DNA of 64,000 bases from Felis catus (taxonomy: Eukaryota), in contig NC_058369.1 in assembly GCF_018350175.1 (NCBI RefSeq), forward strand, positions 22,632,001 to 22,696,000, given 5' to 3'. Each line of letters starts with the position of its first letter. Position 1 is the stretch's first letter. The translations under genes and the position numbers were made by a program. The notes beneath the pieces are model-generated. The model worked only from the letters and a program-made list of their open reading frames with translations, was not told the origin of the DNA and ran no database searches. Shown here one piece after another: positions 25,429-38,904 of this stretch.

Positions 25429-26421
25429 CTAATACTGTTTCCCAATAAAAGGAACCGGGGCTTCTCGGAGAAATAGAAGATTCTTGGACTGTGGCAGGGA
25501 ATTCATAAGATGAGCCTGGAGAATTTGTACCGTCAGAAAGTAATAAGCAAGTGCTCAAAACACAAACATAAAAACACAGTGGTGAGTATATGCCAAAGAC
25601 ACACAGGAGTCAACTGAAAGAGCTCCCAGTGGCCACACTGGAATAGTTTGAGTAACAAAATAAAGCAGTACTGGATTGCAATCTAAAAGATAAGATAAAG
25701 TAAAAGTAAAGTAAATAAATGGTATGTATGAATGGCGGGAGAGACCAGTCTCCCATGTAGAAGAATTCAGAGTAATGTATGTAGCTGCTCTGCCCTCAGG
25801 GAGGTGGAGCATAACTTCATTCCTCACATGTGAGCTATACATAGTGACTTCCTTCCAAGAGTACAGTGTAGACAGGGAGGAAAGAAAGAATAACTTTTCA
25901 GTGGAGAAACTTGGTCACCACCACCTCAGCCAGATAATCAAGGTGGGCATCAACAGTGATAAGTCATGTGAAACGATAGCAACGACTCTTCCTCTTCAAA
26001 AACCCGTAACACCAGCCTGACCATGAGGTAGACATCAGAAAAATCCCATCAGAATAACATCTACAAAATAGCTGACCAGTACTCTATAAAACTGCCACGG
26101 TCATCAAAACAACGAAAGTCTAAGAGAGACTGCCACAGCCAAGAGGAACCCAAGGAGACATGATGAGTACATGTGATGTGATATCCTAGATGAGATCCTG
26201 GACCAGAAAAAGGACATTAGGTAAAAACTAAGGAAATCCGAATCAAGTGTGGATTTTAGTTAATAATAATATATGTATATTGGTTCATGAGTTGTGACAC
26301 ATATGTCATGGTTGTATAAGTGAATAGCAATAGGAGAAACTGGGCAGGGAACATATAGGAACTCTACTATCTTAGCATTCTATAATCCAAAACTATTCTA
26401 AGATAAAAAGTTTATTGAAAA
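25429..26421 (+). mobile_element. L1 3' end (L1MC-like)
   Basis: aataaaaggaaccggggcttctcggagaaat...gaactctactatct...aaaactattctaagataaaaagtttatt, typical L1MC 3' UTR. Confidence 0.8.
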
Positions 26422-26679
26422 ATACCCATTGAGCTAAACCCTGGTTTATTGTCACTTCTGATTGAAGATCAGATGCCAAGTCAACAGGCCACTATATGTT
26501 CTTTAGATGAAGGTTGAGGGATGGCTTAAAAAACCTAGCTCGACTCTGCATGGAAATTGTCAGGGATGTAGAAACTTCTTGCCGGGACCAACTGGGTGAC
26601 ACTTAAAATAATTCAAACCTCATGTGAAAGACCATTGTTCCAAGTGGGCCAAACCAAGCAGGCTATGCAACATAGTGGC

Positions 26680-26910
26680 TGAGCCACACTGTTGCTGGAT
26701 TCAAATCCAGCCCTGAAGTATACTAGCCAAGGGATTTTTACACAAGCGGTTCTGAACCTTGGTTTCCTCCTCAATGGAATGAATATCATGGTAACACCAT
26801 AGCATTGACGTTCAAGGATGAAATGAAGGGGGGATGGTGTCTGTAAGGCACTTAGCACAGTTCTCAGTACTCATTAGCTGTCCTATAAATGGCAGCTACT
26901 CTTGTTGCTG
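26680..26910 (+). mobile_element. MIR
   Basis: ctggattcaaatccagc...tctgaaccttggtttcctc...aggcacttagcacagt. Confidence 0.65.
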
Positions 26911-27637
26911 ATAACTTTCTCTCTCTTTTTTTTAATGTGCAAAAAATATTCCATTAACACAGTCTGAGTGATTCTGCTTAATGGCAGTAGATGCTGCCAG
27001 TGGCTACTTTGATCTGATTTCAAGGGTAAGAGGAACTTCTTTCCTTGCAAAAATCTGTTATCAACGCCTCTGTTTCCCCCTGGAAGAATTAATTATGTTA
27101 AATAACTTGTATTAAACATCACCGTACCTCTTTCAAGCTGCTCATGTCCCTTGAAGGGATAACACATCTGGCATGAAAGGGCTTACAAGATTTGCTGTGT
27201 GAGAGAAACCGAGCTCACCGGGACGTTGGAACATCTGGAGAGGAGAAAAGGTTCAGAGAAGAGAGTGAAGGTGCCCCATTGACTTCCTAAATCCACCTAC
27301 ATCTGCCCAGGGATGGCCCCGTTGCTGTTTATCTACAATATTTTATATTTCCTGCTAATCAAGGTATACAAGAAGTTTGGATTTATCCAAGTTATACAAA
27401 TGAAATGTAGGTCAAAAGCATTTTTATAGATTTTCATGGTAAAGATTAATCTTTACCCAAGCAGCTGGATCTCTGGAACTTGACTCTTAAAGAGGAAAAC
27501 CAGCTGACCCACCAAGACTTCATTTAATGGATTCAACTTTCTAATTGCCTTTTTTTTTTTTTTTTTTTTTTGCCTCTCAGGAATTATTACATTAACATCT
27601 TTTACTCTGATTGAAAACCCGGGTGTTTCTGCTGTTG

Positions 27638-27671
27638 GCTGCAGCAAAGCATGCTGCAGCAAAGCATGCTG
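27638..27671. repeat. 15-bp tandem duplication (gctgcagcaaagcat)x2
   Basis: Visible exact duplication. Confidence 0.9.
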
Positions 27672-27766
27672 GCTTTGGTTCACTCCCCCCTTGGCTGCAT
27701 TTCCCAGCGTTTTTCCCTTTCTACTGCAGGATTTCTGCAAAGCCATAAGAGTTCAACACATTTAAA

Positions 27767-27982
27767 ATTTTTTTTTTTCAACGTTTATTTATTTTTGGGA
27801 CAGAGAGAGACAGAGCATGAACGGGGGAGGGGCAGAGAGAGAGGGAGACACAGAATCGGAAACAGGCTCCAGGCTCTGAGCTGGCAGCACAGAGCCCGAC
27901 GCGGGGCTCGAACCCATGGACCGCGAGATCATGACCTGAGCCGAAGTCGGCCGCCCAACCGACTGAGCCACCCAGGCGCCCC
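27767..27982 (-). mobile_element. Young Can-SINE
   Basis: CpG-rich; TSD tcaacacattt at 27753 and 27984. Confidence 0.96.
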
Positions 27983-28374
27983 ATCAACACATTTTAATAT
28001 ATACTCTGTAGAAAAATAAAAATGGCTTCATGTGTAAATAGGGTTAGGAAATACAGAGTTAAGCCACATTAAGCAGGTTTCTTTACTTGCACACCTTTTC
28101 AGAGCCTTGACTTTCCTGATATACACCTTGGGAGTCTTTCAGAATGTGTGTGGTATGGCTCATCTCCAAACTCTCATGAAACCTACCTTCTTGCAGTGTC
28201 TGTTGAGCCTGATGCTGAGAGATCAGTGCTTTTAGGTGTATACTCAAAAAACACCATTCCACACTCTTTTTCAATTTATTTGCACTCATCAGAGTTGTCT
28301 CTTTTTTTTTGAAGGACAACTAGTCACATGTAGCAAAATTTACATGCTATTAAATTTTCCTCATCATTTTCTCC

Positions 28375-28419
28375 ATATATATATACATATATATATATGT
28401 GTATATATATATATATATA
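28375..28419. repeat. (TA)n microsatellite, interrupted
   Basis: Visible. Confidence 0.9.
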
Positions 28420-29688
28420 ATTTTTAAAATAGCATACTTGAACTTCTGTAGAACTTTGGGGGGTTTATTTTAGTCACATAATCGCCTGTATTGGCATTAG
28501 TGAGTTGTCAGTCATCCGTGCATATTAAGGAGGTGGAAGCAAATTGCTGCTGAACCCGGAGGTGGAGCAAATCACCTCGAATGATTATGCAAAAAATCCA
28601 AATTGTTTTCTTATGGCAGCCCCACATTGTGGACTTACTTTAGTAGAAAAAAAGCTGAAAGCATTGATGCATTTGCTAAGGTATTTTCATTTGTCTTCAT
28701 AGACCTTCTTATTATTGGGGAGAAAACAGTAAATATCAAGACATCTAGTTTTTGTGGTGTCAGTTTTTATATGTGGCAGTACCTGGTGGAGAAGTGGATA
28801 CAATTAAGCAAACATATCCTGCTTTTCTTTCTCATTCTTAAGTCTAAATGAATAAAAAAAAAAAACAAAAAAACCCCAACTATTTCAAGAGCTGTTGGGA
28901 AGACTGACACCCAAACATGAGGCTGTTACCTCCTTGTTGCAATCTGAACTGCCCACGATGGGTCCGACTGGGACCTGGTACAGTGATTCACATCAACTAT
29001 CTTTCTTCCTGTGGCCCAAGGAAATTAATTTTCTTGTGCCTCCATAGTGTTGTTTACCAAAAATGTAAGCGACAGCACTCATAAGCCCATTTAAGGTCTT
29101 TAGATCATTTTGAATATTTTATTTCTCAGCAACTTCTAAACCAAAAGATGTGTTTATTGTTGTGAACCATAAACATATTGGGGCTGTGACGCTTATAAAT
29201 TCATTATCAGTCCTTATTCCTAATGCTTGTCAAAATATTATTATTTGATATGTAAAAAGGAGTGGGTGTCTGGCTCCGAGACCAAAATATAGGACCCAAG
29301 GCAGTATTGGACAGTAATCATTGAGTCAGCTGAGTCCTAGCTCTGGGGCAGGGCGTGGCTTGGAGAGTGGTCAACACCTTTCAAAGGTTCTTGAAAAACA
29401 GGAAGGGGTTGAATTTTTTTTAGATGCTTTGCTTTCAACTCTATAAGAAAGAATGCAGTTACTGCATGAGTTAAGTGGGGAAATAAGTCAGTTAGTAGGT
29501 ATTTATGGAGTAACCACTGTGCAAAAGGAAGGGTGTGCAGCAAGAAACCTAATGTCTCTAGCCTTTAGATATTTTGTAATTCAGACAGACAGATGAGATA
29601 TAAACTCACTGACAAAGTCCATTGACAATATAAGATTCTCGAAGGATGCTGAAGCAGCCCCGGGTTTTCAGTAGCTGCACTAGAAAAG

Positions 29689-30100
29689 CATTTGTAGCAA
29701 CGTGGATGGAACTGGAAGGTATTATGCTGAGTGAAATAAGTCAGTCAGAGAAGGACAGATACCGTGTGTTTTCACTCATGTGGATCTTGAGAAACTTAAC
29801 AGAAGACCATGGGGGAAGGGAAGGGGAAAAAATAGTCACAAGCAGAAAGGGAGGGGAGGCAAACCCTAAGAGACTCTTAGATACAGAGAACAGACTGAGG
29901 GTGGATGAGGGGTGGGGGAGAGGGAAAATGGTGATAGGTATTGAGGGCACTTGTTGGGATGAGCACTGGGTGTTGTATGGAAGCGATGAACCATGGGAAT
30001 CTACCCCCCCAAACCAAGAGCACTCTGTACACACTAGCCAATTTGACAATAAATTATTTTAAAAATAACAACCAAAAAACCCCAAAACCAAAACCAAAAA
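29689..30100 (+). mobile_element. 5'-truncated carnivore L1 (ORF2 C-terminus, 3' UTR, A-rich tail)
   Basis: Translation FVATWMELEGIMLSEISQSEKDRY matches the L1 ORF2p C-terminus; aataaa then A-rich tail; short aaaagc flank on both sides. Confidence 0.92.
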
Positions 30101-31196
30101 GCTTTAGGATATGTGTGTTGTGGTTCTCGTTGCTGAACGTGGAGTCCAAGTCCAAAGGGCTGGGTCGGGAGAAGGAAAATCACTGTATGCTGAAGAGGTG
30201 TGGGAAGGACAGGCGTGGCTCCACTGCCTGCCGTGGTTCAGAATGTAGAACATCTGCCTGGAAAGCAGAAAATCTGAGCCTTGCTCAGAATAATGGCAAG
30301 GAGGTAATAGAGTATAGTGAGTAAAAACGAGGGCTTCAAGAAGGCAAACTTTTGTGGCATTTGGGGCAGGTTATCTGAATCTCCAGTCCTCCCTTCATTC
30401 AGTATTAAAGTAGGGATAGGGAAAATTCAATACCAGGGTAATAACTACCGACATAGTTTCTATGAAATAGAATCAGATAATGCTTGTAGAAGAAAACAGT
30501 TTTACATTATGCTAGGCCTTGGGAAGGTCCCGCTAAACATCAGCTGCTATAAGAATCACTGTAAATGACACCTGTGGACTAGTATTTGGGGCCAGGAATA
30601 ACGTTTATAGGATAGGGAATAGAACACATAGTTAAGGAACTTAATTTCTAATTTTTAAATCTAAAATATCCTTTTGGCATTTATGCCAGAGCTATCTGGA
30701 GCAGTCCAAGATGTTAAAGGGGCTCTTTATGTAAGAGGGAATCTGGGATGTTCAGTCCACCAAGATATGAGAAAAGAATTGACTAGTGATGATCGTATTG
30801 GGTGGATTTTTTTTTCTTTTGCGTGAAAAAAAAATCTAGACACGGGCCAGAAAGGGTGTTAGCAGATCCTGTAGGTTGGTTGTTGCAGGTCAGAACCTCA
30901 GCAGCTTAGGTTAAAAGATCAGCCACGATAAGCTAGTCTGTTTTGTTCCAGCCTACCCAAGAGAACAGTAATTACCAGATATAATAATGCTTGTCAAAGG
31001 CGGTTACTGAAAACCCTCTGCTGCTTCAGCATAATCAGAACGACAGAAGTTGCAGGATGATTTTCCTTGCGAGAAGCATCCACTCAGAATGCTAATTAGG
31101 TGAAGTACAAGGACTATGGATCAGCAGCTGAGCAATGCATTTCCCTCCAGTCAGTAAAGATGAGATAGGAAGTAGCAGAGGAAGAATTTGACTTAC

Positions 31197-31265
31197 CTGA
31201 TTTATGGTTCGTGATGGGATTCTATACATTGATTTCAGCCTCTTAATTCTTCTCATCTGTTGGCT
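31197..31265 (-). other. Candidate 69-nt internal exon (SQQMRRIKRLKSMYRIPSRTINQ); unverified
   Basis: Acceptor catctctttacag, donor CAG|GTAAGT; open only in phase 0. Confidence 0.2.
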
Positions 31266-32144
31266 CTGTAAAGAGATGCTTGGAGGAAGCACAGCACAGA
31301 GTAGACTGGCTTTTCCCTTGGAAACTTCGGAGGTGCTGTTCTGCTTGGAAATACCTTGGTACAAAGAGAAAAAATACATAAGGACCTGGTGCCAGTTGTT
31401 ATCATCCAAGTCCCTGGAGAAAAGCTTTCTAAAAATAACGTTGGGAGTCTTTATTCTTTTATCCAGGTCTGCTTCCTGTAGGTGGCCTCATAAAGGCACT
31501 TGAATCTAGTGCCAAATGGGTCCAATAGCTGAGAGACAGCCCCTTGGGTCACTCTGTATCTTTGCTTTTATTTGCTGCCCAACATTCAGTTTCTAAGAAG
31601 AAGCTAAACATTTATCCAGAAACCTCAGTGCTGACTTGCACACGGCTATTGTCCAGGTGACCATGGCTGAGGGCCTCCTCCTTGCTAGGCACTAGCATAA
31701 GCACTTGAGAAGTAGAACTTCAGATAAAACTCCTAGTATACTGAGCGGTGGGTCCTATGCTGGCATGAGTACCTGTGTTAGAGATGAGAAGAAGAAGCAC
31801 AGTGCAGCCAAATGTGCTGCCCAAGCCCACATAGCTCCTGAGTTGTGGAACAGAGATTCAAACCCCGGCCACCTGGCTCCAGAGTCCACAGTCTGAGAAA
31901 GGCTGTTGATCACCAAGGAGCTTTTGGGAAACTTCAAGATGAAGACATGGCCTGCAGAGCAGAGCCTGACCAAATTGGGCCTCACAGAGACCAAGCTGGG
32001 CACACCTGACTCAAACTTCACACAGGGCCGTGGGCTGGTGTGTGACCTGTATGCTGGTCCCATGGCTGTTTTGGAAGTGGGAGGTGGACAAAGTGGATGG
32101 CAGGCTGGCAATTTCTAGCAAGTTCCTGTGGCAGAAGGTGCCAG

Positions 32145-32415
32145 TGTGGGGCAGTGATTAAGGGTTTGGCTTCTGGGGACACATGCACCCAGCTCCAAAT
32201 ATGGAGGGTACTGGTACCTGGTTAGCAGTTCCAAGACTTGCTTCCTGTGTGATCTTGGGCAAGTTATGTTAACTTCCTAGGCCTCAGTTTCTCCATCCAA
32301 AATATGATAAGAGTACCTATGAAATAGAGTTGCTTTGAGGATTAAGTGAGAGAAAACATGGGAAAGCTGTTATGCAGGACCTGGAACATGGTAAGTGTGT
32401 GGTCAGTGGTGGCTG
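32145..32415 (+). mobile_element. MIR
   Basis: gcagtgattaaggg...tgtgtgatcttgggcaagtta...gcctcagtttc...gaggattaagtgag. Confidence 0.75.
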
Positions 32416-32523
32416 GCTTTGGTTGCTTTGAGGGCAAGGAGGAAGTTTTGAAGACAATGGACAGTGAAGCAACTTCTACCTGTTGTCAAAATGCATAAGT
32501 GCTCTGTAGAAAATATGCTTGCT

Positions 32524-32671
32524 GGGCCATCTGGGCGGCTCAGTCAGGCGTCCAACTCTTGATCTCAGCTCAGGCCTCTGTGTCAGGGACATGAATTCAA
32601 GCCCAGTGTTGGGACTCATGTTGGGTTCCTCGCTGGGGGTAAAGTCTACTTAAAAAACAAACCAAACAAAA
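32524..32671 (+). mobile_element. Old short Can-SINE (no CT tract)
   Basis: gggccatctgggcggctcagtc...tcttgatctcagctcagg...tacttaaaaaac. Confidence 0.8.
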
Positions 32672-33377
32672 CTCTTCCTACCAACAGAGAGGCCGGAAGA
32701 GATTGGGGTACAGGAGAATCGCCATCAGCTTCAACAGTTAGCCTGAGTCCCAATTTCTCATCATAAACCAGGTGCCCTCTGATTCCAGACATCCTTCAAG
32801 ACTGTGCCTTCTGCCTCCGGTTCATTGATTCTCTAGCTCAGCAGTGCTTGCCCCTCTATCCCACATTCTTGTGGAGTTCTGGAAACCCAAGCCTGCAGAG
32901 ACCTTGGGTTCACTACCTAGGGAGACGGGATGGTGTGGGAAGACTCAAGACCAAGGGAGCCATTAGATGCTTGAAAAACGCCGGTTGATGCCAGACAAAT
33001 CTGGCCAAAAATGGAATGGGTGCTCTTGATCATATTCAGTATTTAGTCTGTTGTACGTTCACATGGGTTCATTATTTTCAGCGCTCACAAACTTTAGGGT
33101 TGGTGACTGTTCATATTGCATGAGGAACTGCGTGTCTTTTACGTTTCTGCATAAATGATAGCATTTTTTTTTTCATTACACTTATTCTTCAGGTCAGTGA
33201 AGCATTTGATACTTTTAACAAAAAAAGATTACTTAGAATCAAAAGGGAGAACCAGTCAAACAGAAACAAAACATCCCCTCCTGCACACACATAAAACAAT
33301 CCTGGGGGGGGGTTGGGGCCCAAAGTCGGCCACCTATTATCTGGCTCCAGACTCCAGACTTAAAACATCCAAGCAGA

Positions 33378-33602
33378 GGGGCACCTAGGTGGCTCAGTCA
33401 CTTAAACGTCTGACCCTTAATTTCAGCTCAGGTCATGATCTCATGGTTCATGAGATCGAGCCCCACGTCAGGCTCTGTGCTGACACTGTGGGGCCTGCTT
33501 GGGATTCTCTCTCTCCTTTGCTCTCTGCCCCTCCTCCACTTGCTTGTGCTCTTTCTCACTCTCAAAATAAACAAAACTTAAAAAAAAAAAAAACAAACCA
33601 AA
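33378..33602 (+). mobile_element. Can-SINE
   Basis: Full structure; TSD-like aaaaca(t/g)ccaa(g/a)caga. Confidence 0.94.
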
Positions 33603-36600
33603 AAAACAGCCAAACAGAAAGTTCTTGAGTTCTGACTCAGCTTGGCCACTTTTTACCAGCATGAGTTTGGACAAGCCACAGATCCTTCCAAACCTCATTT
33701 TCCTTAGCTGTTGAGTTTGGATAACAATACCTGCCTTGCCTTCCTTACTGGATTTGTAGATACTGAAATTAGAATGTTTCTGGAGGTCCTTTCCAAATTG
33801 TGCAATACTAGTTTTGGTTTCTTCTGTTCTTTTCCCCCAAGGTCACAGAGGTTAGCACATCCATGATGTATACCTGTGTGGCACGTATAACGTATAGTCA
33901 GCCCACAATAGTGTGTGGAAAAGATACTGGTAATGTTTGACATTTGTGTCTTAGATATACCACATGAGTAAATCTGCTTCCTTTGTGTAGGGGGTACAGA
34001 TTCAGGTGACAGTGCTTCCCCATCTTCTGCTGGAGAACAACCTAATTCTATAGCACATGCTGCCCAGAGCCCAATAATGCCTCCTCAGTCCTTTTCAACC
34101 TAGGCGGCACTGGGGAGGAACTGAGAAATCATGGCATCCGAGCACCACTACTGGGTGTCCTTTGCGTAAGCTTAGCTCAGCTGTTGAGTCAAGTGGCCCC
34201 ACCTGCTATAGATGAGCAAGACTAATTTAGTCAGGGAGTAGGGAAAAGCACTGAATCTTGACCTGGGGAGAGCAGCTGGTGAACCAGAAGCAGCCGAGAC
34301 ATTGGAGGTGATCGTGAAAAAAGAACATTTCCTCTTGGGCTTTAAACTAAACTGACTGGTAAATATTAGTTGAATAAAACTATGTTAAAATTGTTAACTG
34401 TAAAACAGAGTCAATCAAACTATCAAATGCCTCATTAGCTTTAAACATAACATCAATTGTTGCAAAGACTCAGTGGCTGATAAGTTCCCTGAGGAGAGAC
34501 CAGAGTCACCACTGTGGCCCCAGGATCTGGGATAATGCCCTACTCATAGTAAGGGTTCAGCAAAGACTTGTTGACTGATTGGCTGAAGGAAGAAAAAAAG
34601 CATGCAGAGGCATTTACTAGTCATTCTTAATTTAAATCAGTGGACATTTTGAAAGACTTTAGTTTCATTGTAAGCAATAAAATATTTGAAATCATGTGTT
34701 TAAGATGCTATCTATACATTATTCAATTCACATTGAAATATTTGACTAATAAGATAAACAGTATATATTTGTCCAAGTACCTCTTAAAATGATCTTCCTA
34801 CCTTTGGGGATCCATTGATAGTCTGGTAATTACATACTTTTACCTTTTGTATGAAGGCTGAAACTAGAATTCTGGAAGGATTTAGGTGACATATGAGCAC
34901 TTTAAAATTTGTTGGGTGGGTCATACCTAAGGTAATCTTTTTGTCCTGATTTGTCCAGGACAATGCCAGTTTATACCAGTTGTCTGGCATAATTATTAAT
35001 GTCACTCCCTATCAAGCTTAATGGTATCCTCATTTGAACAATAAATTCTATGGTCATAGCCTGCAGGTAGCTGGATTGTCAAAGAACACAGGATTTTTGT
35101 TTGTATGTTTGTTTGTTTTAATGATTGAGAATGAGTGTGTGTGTGTGCATGCGCACGTGCGTGTGTGTGTGTGAGTGAGTGAGTGAATGATCCTTCCTTT
35201 GGGGACTTAAAAGGTAGCTTGTGCTGAACCAGAGAGAAAATAGATTTTTGGTTCTAAGGTTGGCTTCTGTTTGAAGGCTAGGGCCTTTGACCTTAGGCCA
35301 GGCCTTCCCTCCCATCCTTCATCTAGAGCCTGGCGTGTTGGATTGCTTCCCACTCTGGTGATGTGGCAATTGGCCTGGGGCATGGATTTCATCGGCCAAC
35401 TTTTGATACTCTATATAATGGAATTGTTACTCAGCATAATACAGAGTTTAAGAAACAGCATCTATTCAGAAAGCCTTCTTCTGTGGGTTTACACTGTTTT
35501 CTCTCATTCCCTCACCACTGTTAACCAGGAGTGAATGCTGATTTTGGAAAATGGAAGCCGTCACAAATGCTCCCACCTGTTGTCAGTGCTCCAAATGGAA
35601 ATGGAACACAAGAATGGATACTTTTTAAAGAGTATAGTGGTCATGATGAGTTTAGGGTTTGCTTCTCTATTGTCATTGTCACCTGGTAGGGAATTTTTTT
35701 ATAAATAAACCTGATTGCTTTGGGAATTTATGTATTTTTTAATTTATTTTTGTCTTCCTCTCCATACCTTAAGGGCAGAGATATTCTCTCATTTTGTTGC
35801 CTTCTTGTGTTTCTTTGCAGTTTGGCCACTCAAGTGTGCATCTCAGACACACTAGAGTTTCACTCGTTTCCTCTCTGTTTGCTATCTCCTCCTCCATCCC
35901 TTTTTTTTTTTTCCTCCCTTACAATTTATTAGTTAAAAATCAGGCCATTTAACTGTATTTTGCTGATTGCTCAGTCATAATGGAGTTCATCCTGTTCTTC
36001 TGTCCTTGGAATTTCCTGTAAATTAATTGGCAGCTGCTGTTGACAGGTTTGACCAGACTCAGGTCTAATTCCTTGGCAGGACTCTGGGCAGTGGCAGAGT
36101 GTTGTTTCGCTGGGAGGCACATGGCACCTACCGCTCTCTCTGTGTCATTCACTGCTATTGGTGTCTGATGCCTAGATCCGTCACTTCCTAGGATTGCAAA
36201 GCAGTGATATTCTGGGTGTATCATTTATTTTTCATTTGTTAGCTGGAATATTTCTATAAAGAAGTGTTTCCTTGCCTCTGTTGACTTCTGGTTCAGTATA
36301 ATTTGTAAAGATAGGCAGGAGGAATCCTTGATTGTTTGCTTTTGTTCACCAGGTTCAAGGTAGGGAATCTCTCCCCTATTGTATTTGGAAGGGAACCAAT
36401 GGGTTGTGTGCTTTTTTGTTAGTATTATTATGAACAGATGGATCTAAACATATTTTCTGAGTTTCACTTAGTTACAGTTATCATCTTTTTGAAGCTCAGA
36501 TCTTTGCCTTGGGAGAGCCTCTTCACGAGGGCATCATTTGACATGGCCCTAACAGTCTTTGCTTCCCTGCTACAAAAGATTTTCTAGGCTTTTCATGTAT

Positions 36601-36787
36601 ATTTCCTACTCCACACCTGGAATCGGCCATTTCTGCAAGATATTCTGATTTCTGTTAGTGAGAAATAAGTATATCAAGGCCACGTCTGAGCGCTAGAAGT
36701 GCTCAGTGTTACTTGGTTAGTCTTTGTTTCTAGCTCCACTTAGGGGACAAAGCTCAAAGCTGGCAAGGATAAAGATGTATAAATATA

Positions 36788-36791
<4 letters not shown>

Positions 36792-36840
<49 letters not shown>
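36792..36840. repeat. (TG)n microsatellite
   Basis: Visible. Confidence 0.95.
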
Positions 36841-36841
<1 letters not shown>

Positions 36842-36851
36842 AAATACTTTA

Positions 36852-37035
36852 GGGGCGTCTGGGTGGCTCAGTCAGTTGAGTATCTGACTCTTGATTTCAG
36901 CTCAGGTCATGATCTCACAGTTGGTGAGTTTGAGCCCCACATCAATCCCTATGCTGACAGGATGGAGCCTGCTTGGGATTCTCTCTCTCCCTCTCTCTCC
37001 AAATAAATAAAAATAAATAAAAAAATTAAAAAAAT
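36852..37035 (+). mobile_element. Can-SINE
   Basis: ggggcgtctgggtggctcagtc head, short CT tract, A tail. Confidence 0.93.
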
Positions 37036-37744
37036 TATAATTTCATATTGATACTTCCAATTCAAAGATAGGGCCATAGAGTTTTTGACCTTATATATAC
37101 TATGTCTGTATCTTCTGTCTTTCCATCAAGAAACTAGGTTCTAAGGACAAAGGGATGATAGAATGTCTCATAACTCTTAATAATTCACTTGTTTGGCTTT
37201 ATTTATAAAACATTTCAGAATAAGATCGCATGAATATGACTTCTCAATACTTAAAACATTTTAAAATTTGTTTTTCTCTTCTCTTTATTAAAAAATTATT
37301 GTACTGTGTCTACATTTTGAGGGCATGTAGCCATTTCATACTATACCTTCCCTTGTAGCACTCACTTAGTTTTAATTTTTCATTTATGTATCTTTCATTT
37401 ATATATTTATTCCACATATATATTTTATGTGAATTTATACATTTCATCTTTACCACCAGTCCTCATCTCCTCTCTTTAGCCATTTCAATTTTCTGAATCT
37501 TATTTTCTAGTGTATTCCTCAGAAATGGCTCAAGGGGACTGTATTCCCTCAGGCTTTACATGTAACCTATGCCCCTTATACTTGAAAATAATTTTGCTGA
37601 ATATAAAATCCTTGGCACATATTTTCTTTCCTTGAGTGTTTTAAATGTTACTTTCAAAGTCTGATTATAACAATTTTCCCTTGTAAGTCGCTTGTTCTTT
37701 TACCCAGATGCTTGCAGAAATTTTTTTCTCTCTTTCTAAAAGTA

Positions 37745-38516
37745 ATAAAAATGAACGTGAAGGTAGAAATAGAGCTAGGGTATCTCAGAAAGCAACCAGC
37801 ATACATTTTTTTAACACTCTATGAAAACAACAGGAGAGGGAACTCTGAAGTTAGAAAAGCCACTCTGAGCCATGCTCCTTCCTGAAAGTTCAGGAAAATT
37901 AATTTCACATAAATACAGGCCATAGAAAACTATGGAGGTAAAATCTTATATAAAGACAAAGCGAGATAAAAAGAATAAAGAGCAGAGTAACATCTCCACC
38001 TATAAGACGCTACATAGATGAACCCATAAAACAGGTTAACACTATAATTTACTGTTGTCAGAATGAAAATTCATTAACACAGTGATAAAAGATATCAGAG
38101 CAACATAAATCGAAATAGGAAAAAATCTAAGAAATGAAGTAACAAGTGAGGAAGGCCACTGGAAACGGAAGAAAAAATCCTGTAGAAATAAAGATTAAAC
38201 TAGAAGCAACACAAGAGCAAATAAACACAACAGAAAATGCCTTCAAAGAGAAGGTGAAAATTAGGAACATTTTAAGTAGAAAAAATATAATTCAAGAGAC
38301 AGGGACAAATATTGAAGACAGACAAAGGAGATCTAACATGTAACTAATAGGAGCCCCTGAAAAAGAAAAGTAAAGCAAGAAACAGAACTGACACTGAATC
38401 TATAATTCAAGAAAAATTATCTGCAATGAAAGGATTTAATTCCATACTGGGACCTCATATCTGAGAGGAGCGGGCCACAATGACCAACAGCCAAGACACC
38501 AAGACGTACTCTGGTG
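37745..38516 (+). mobile_element. Inverted L1 ORF1 N-terminal/middle segment
   Basis: Abrupt switch to A-rich sequence; translations NIEDRQRRSNM*LIGAPE and TPRRTLV match ORF1p motifs. Confidence 0.75.
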
Positions 38517-38579
38517 CCTCATTTGATTACTGCCTGTAGCTGCTGTGCCTAGAACAGTGTACATAGTACATAGTTTCTG

Positions 38580-38756
38580 CCCATTTGCACTCACTACAAT
38601 GCCACGGTCTACAGATTCTAAATAAACAGTGGCAGATGGCAGTAACGATGCTTCCATGAAGAATCCCGCATTTGTCACCTTATTCCATCCTAAATAATCT
38701 ATGGTTTCAAATTAAGTTGGTTATGCAGATATACTTGTCATCTCTTAGCTTCAAAA
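38580..38756 (-). repeat. 177-bp inverted copy of 41486-41662
   Basis: Manual alignment: ungapped, 2 mismatches. Confidence 0.97.
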
Positions 38757-38904
38757 AAAGTGTTCAAACTGTTGGCCAAACGTATTAAATTTGGGTGAAT
38801 AAATAGAATATTCTCTAAAATGTCTAGAAAATGTAATAGTTTTATTTCCCGTAACTATTACTTGTTGCATGACCCTGGGTGAGACTGGGAATATTATTGC
38901 AAGC

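Larger units (their letters stand above)
35960..37743 (-). mobile_element. Old L1 remnant (ORF1 C-terminal part near 37500-37743; 3'-UTR-like sequence near 36000-36750)
   Basis: Minus strand near 37740-37676 gives KFLQAS and KEQATYKGK (cf. ORF1p KILKA..KQVTYKG); cacacctggaatcggccatttc block resembles L1MC/ME 3' UTR. Confidence 0.7.

Noticed and set aside
29646..30062. 138-aa ORF
   Set aside because: L1 ORF2 C-terminus read through into the 3' UTR of a truncated L1
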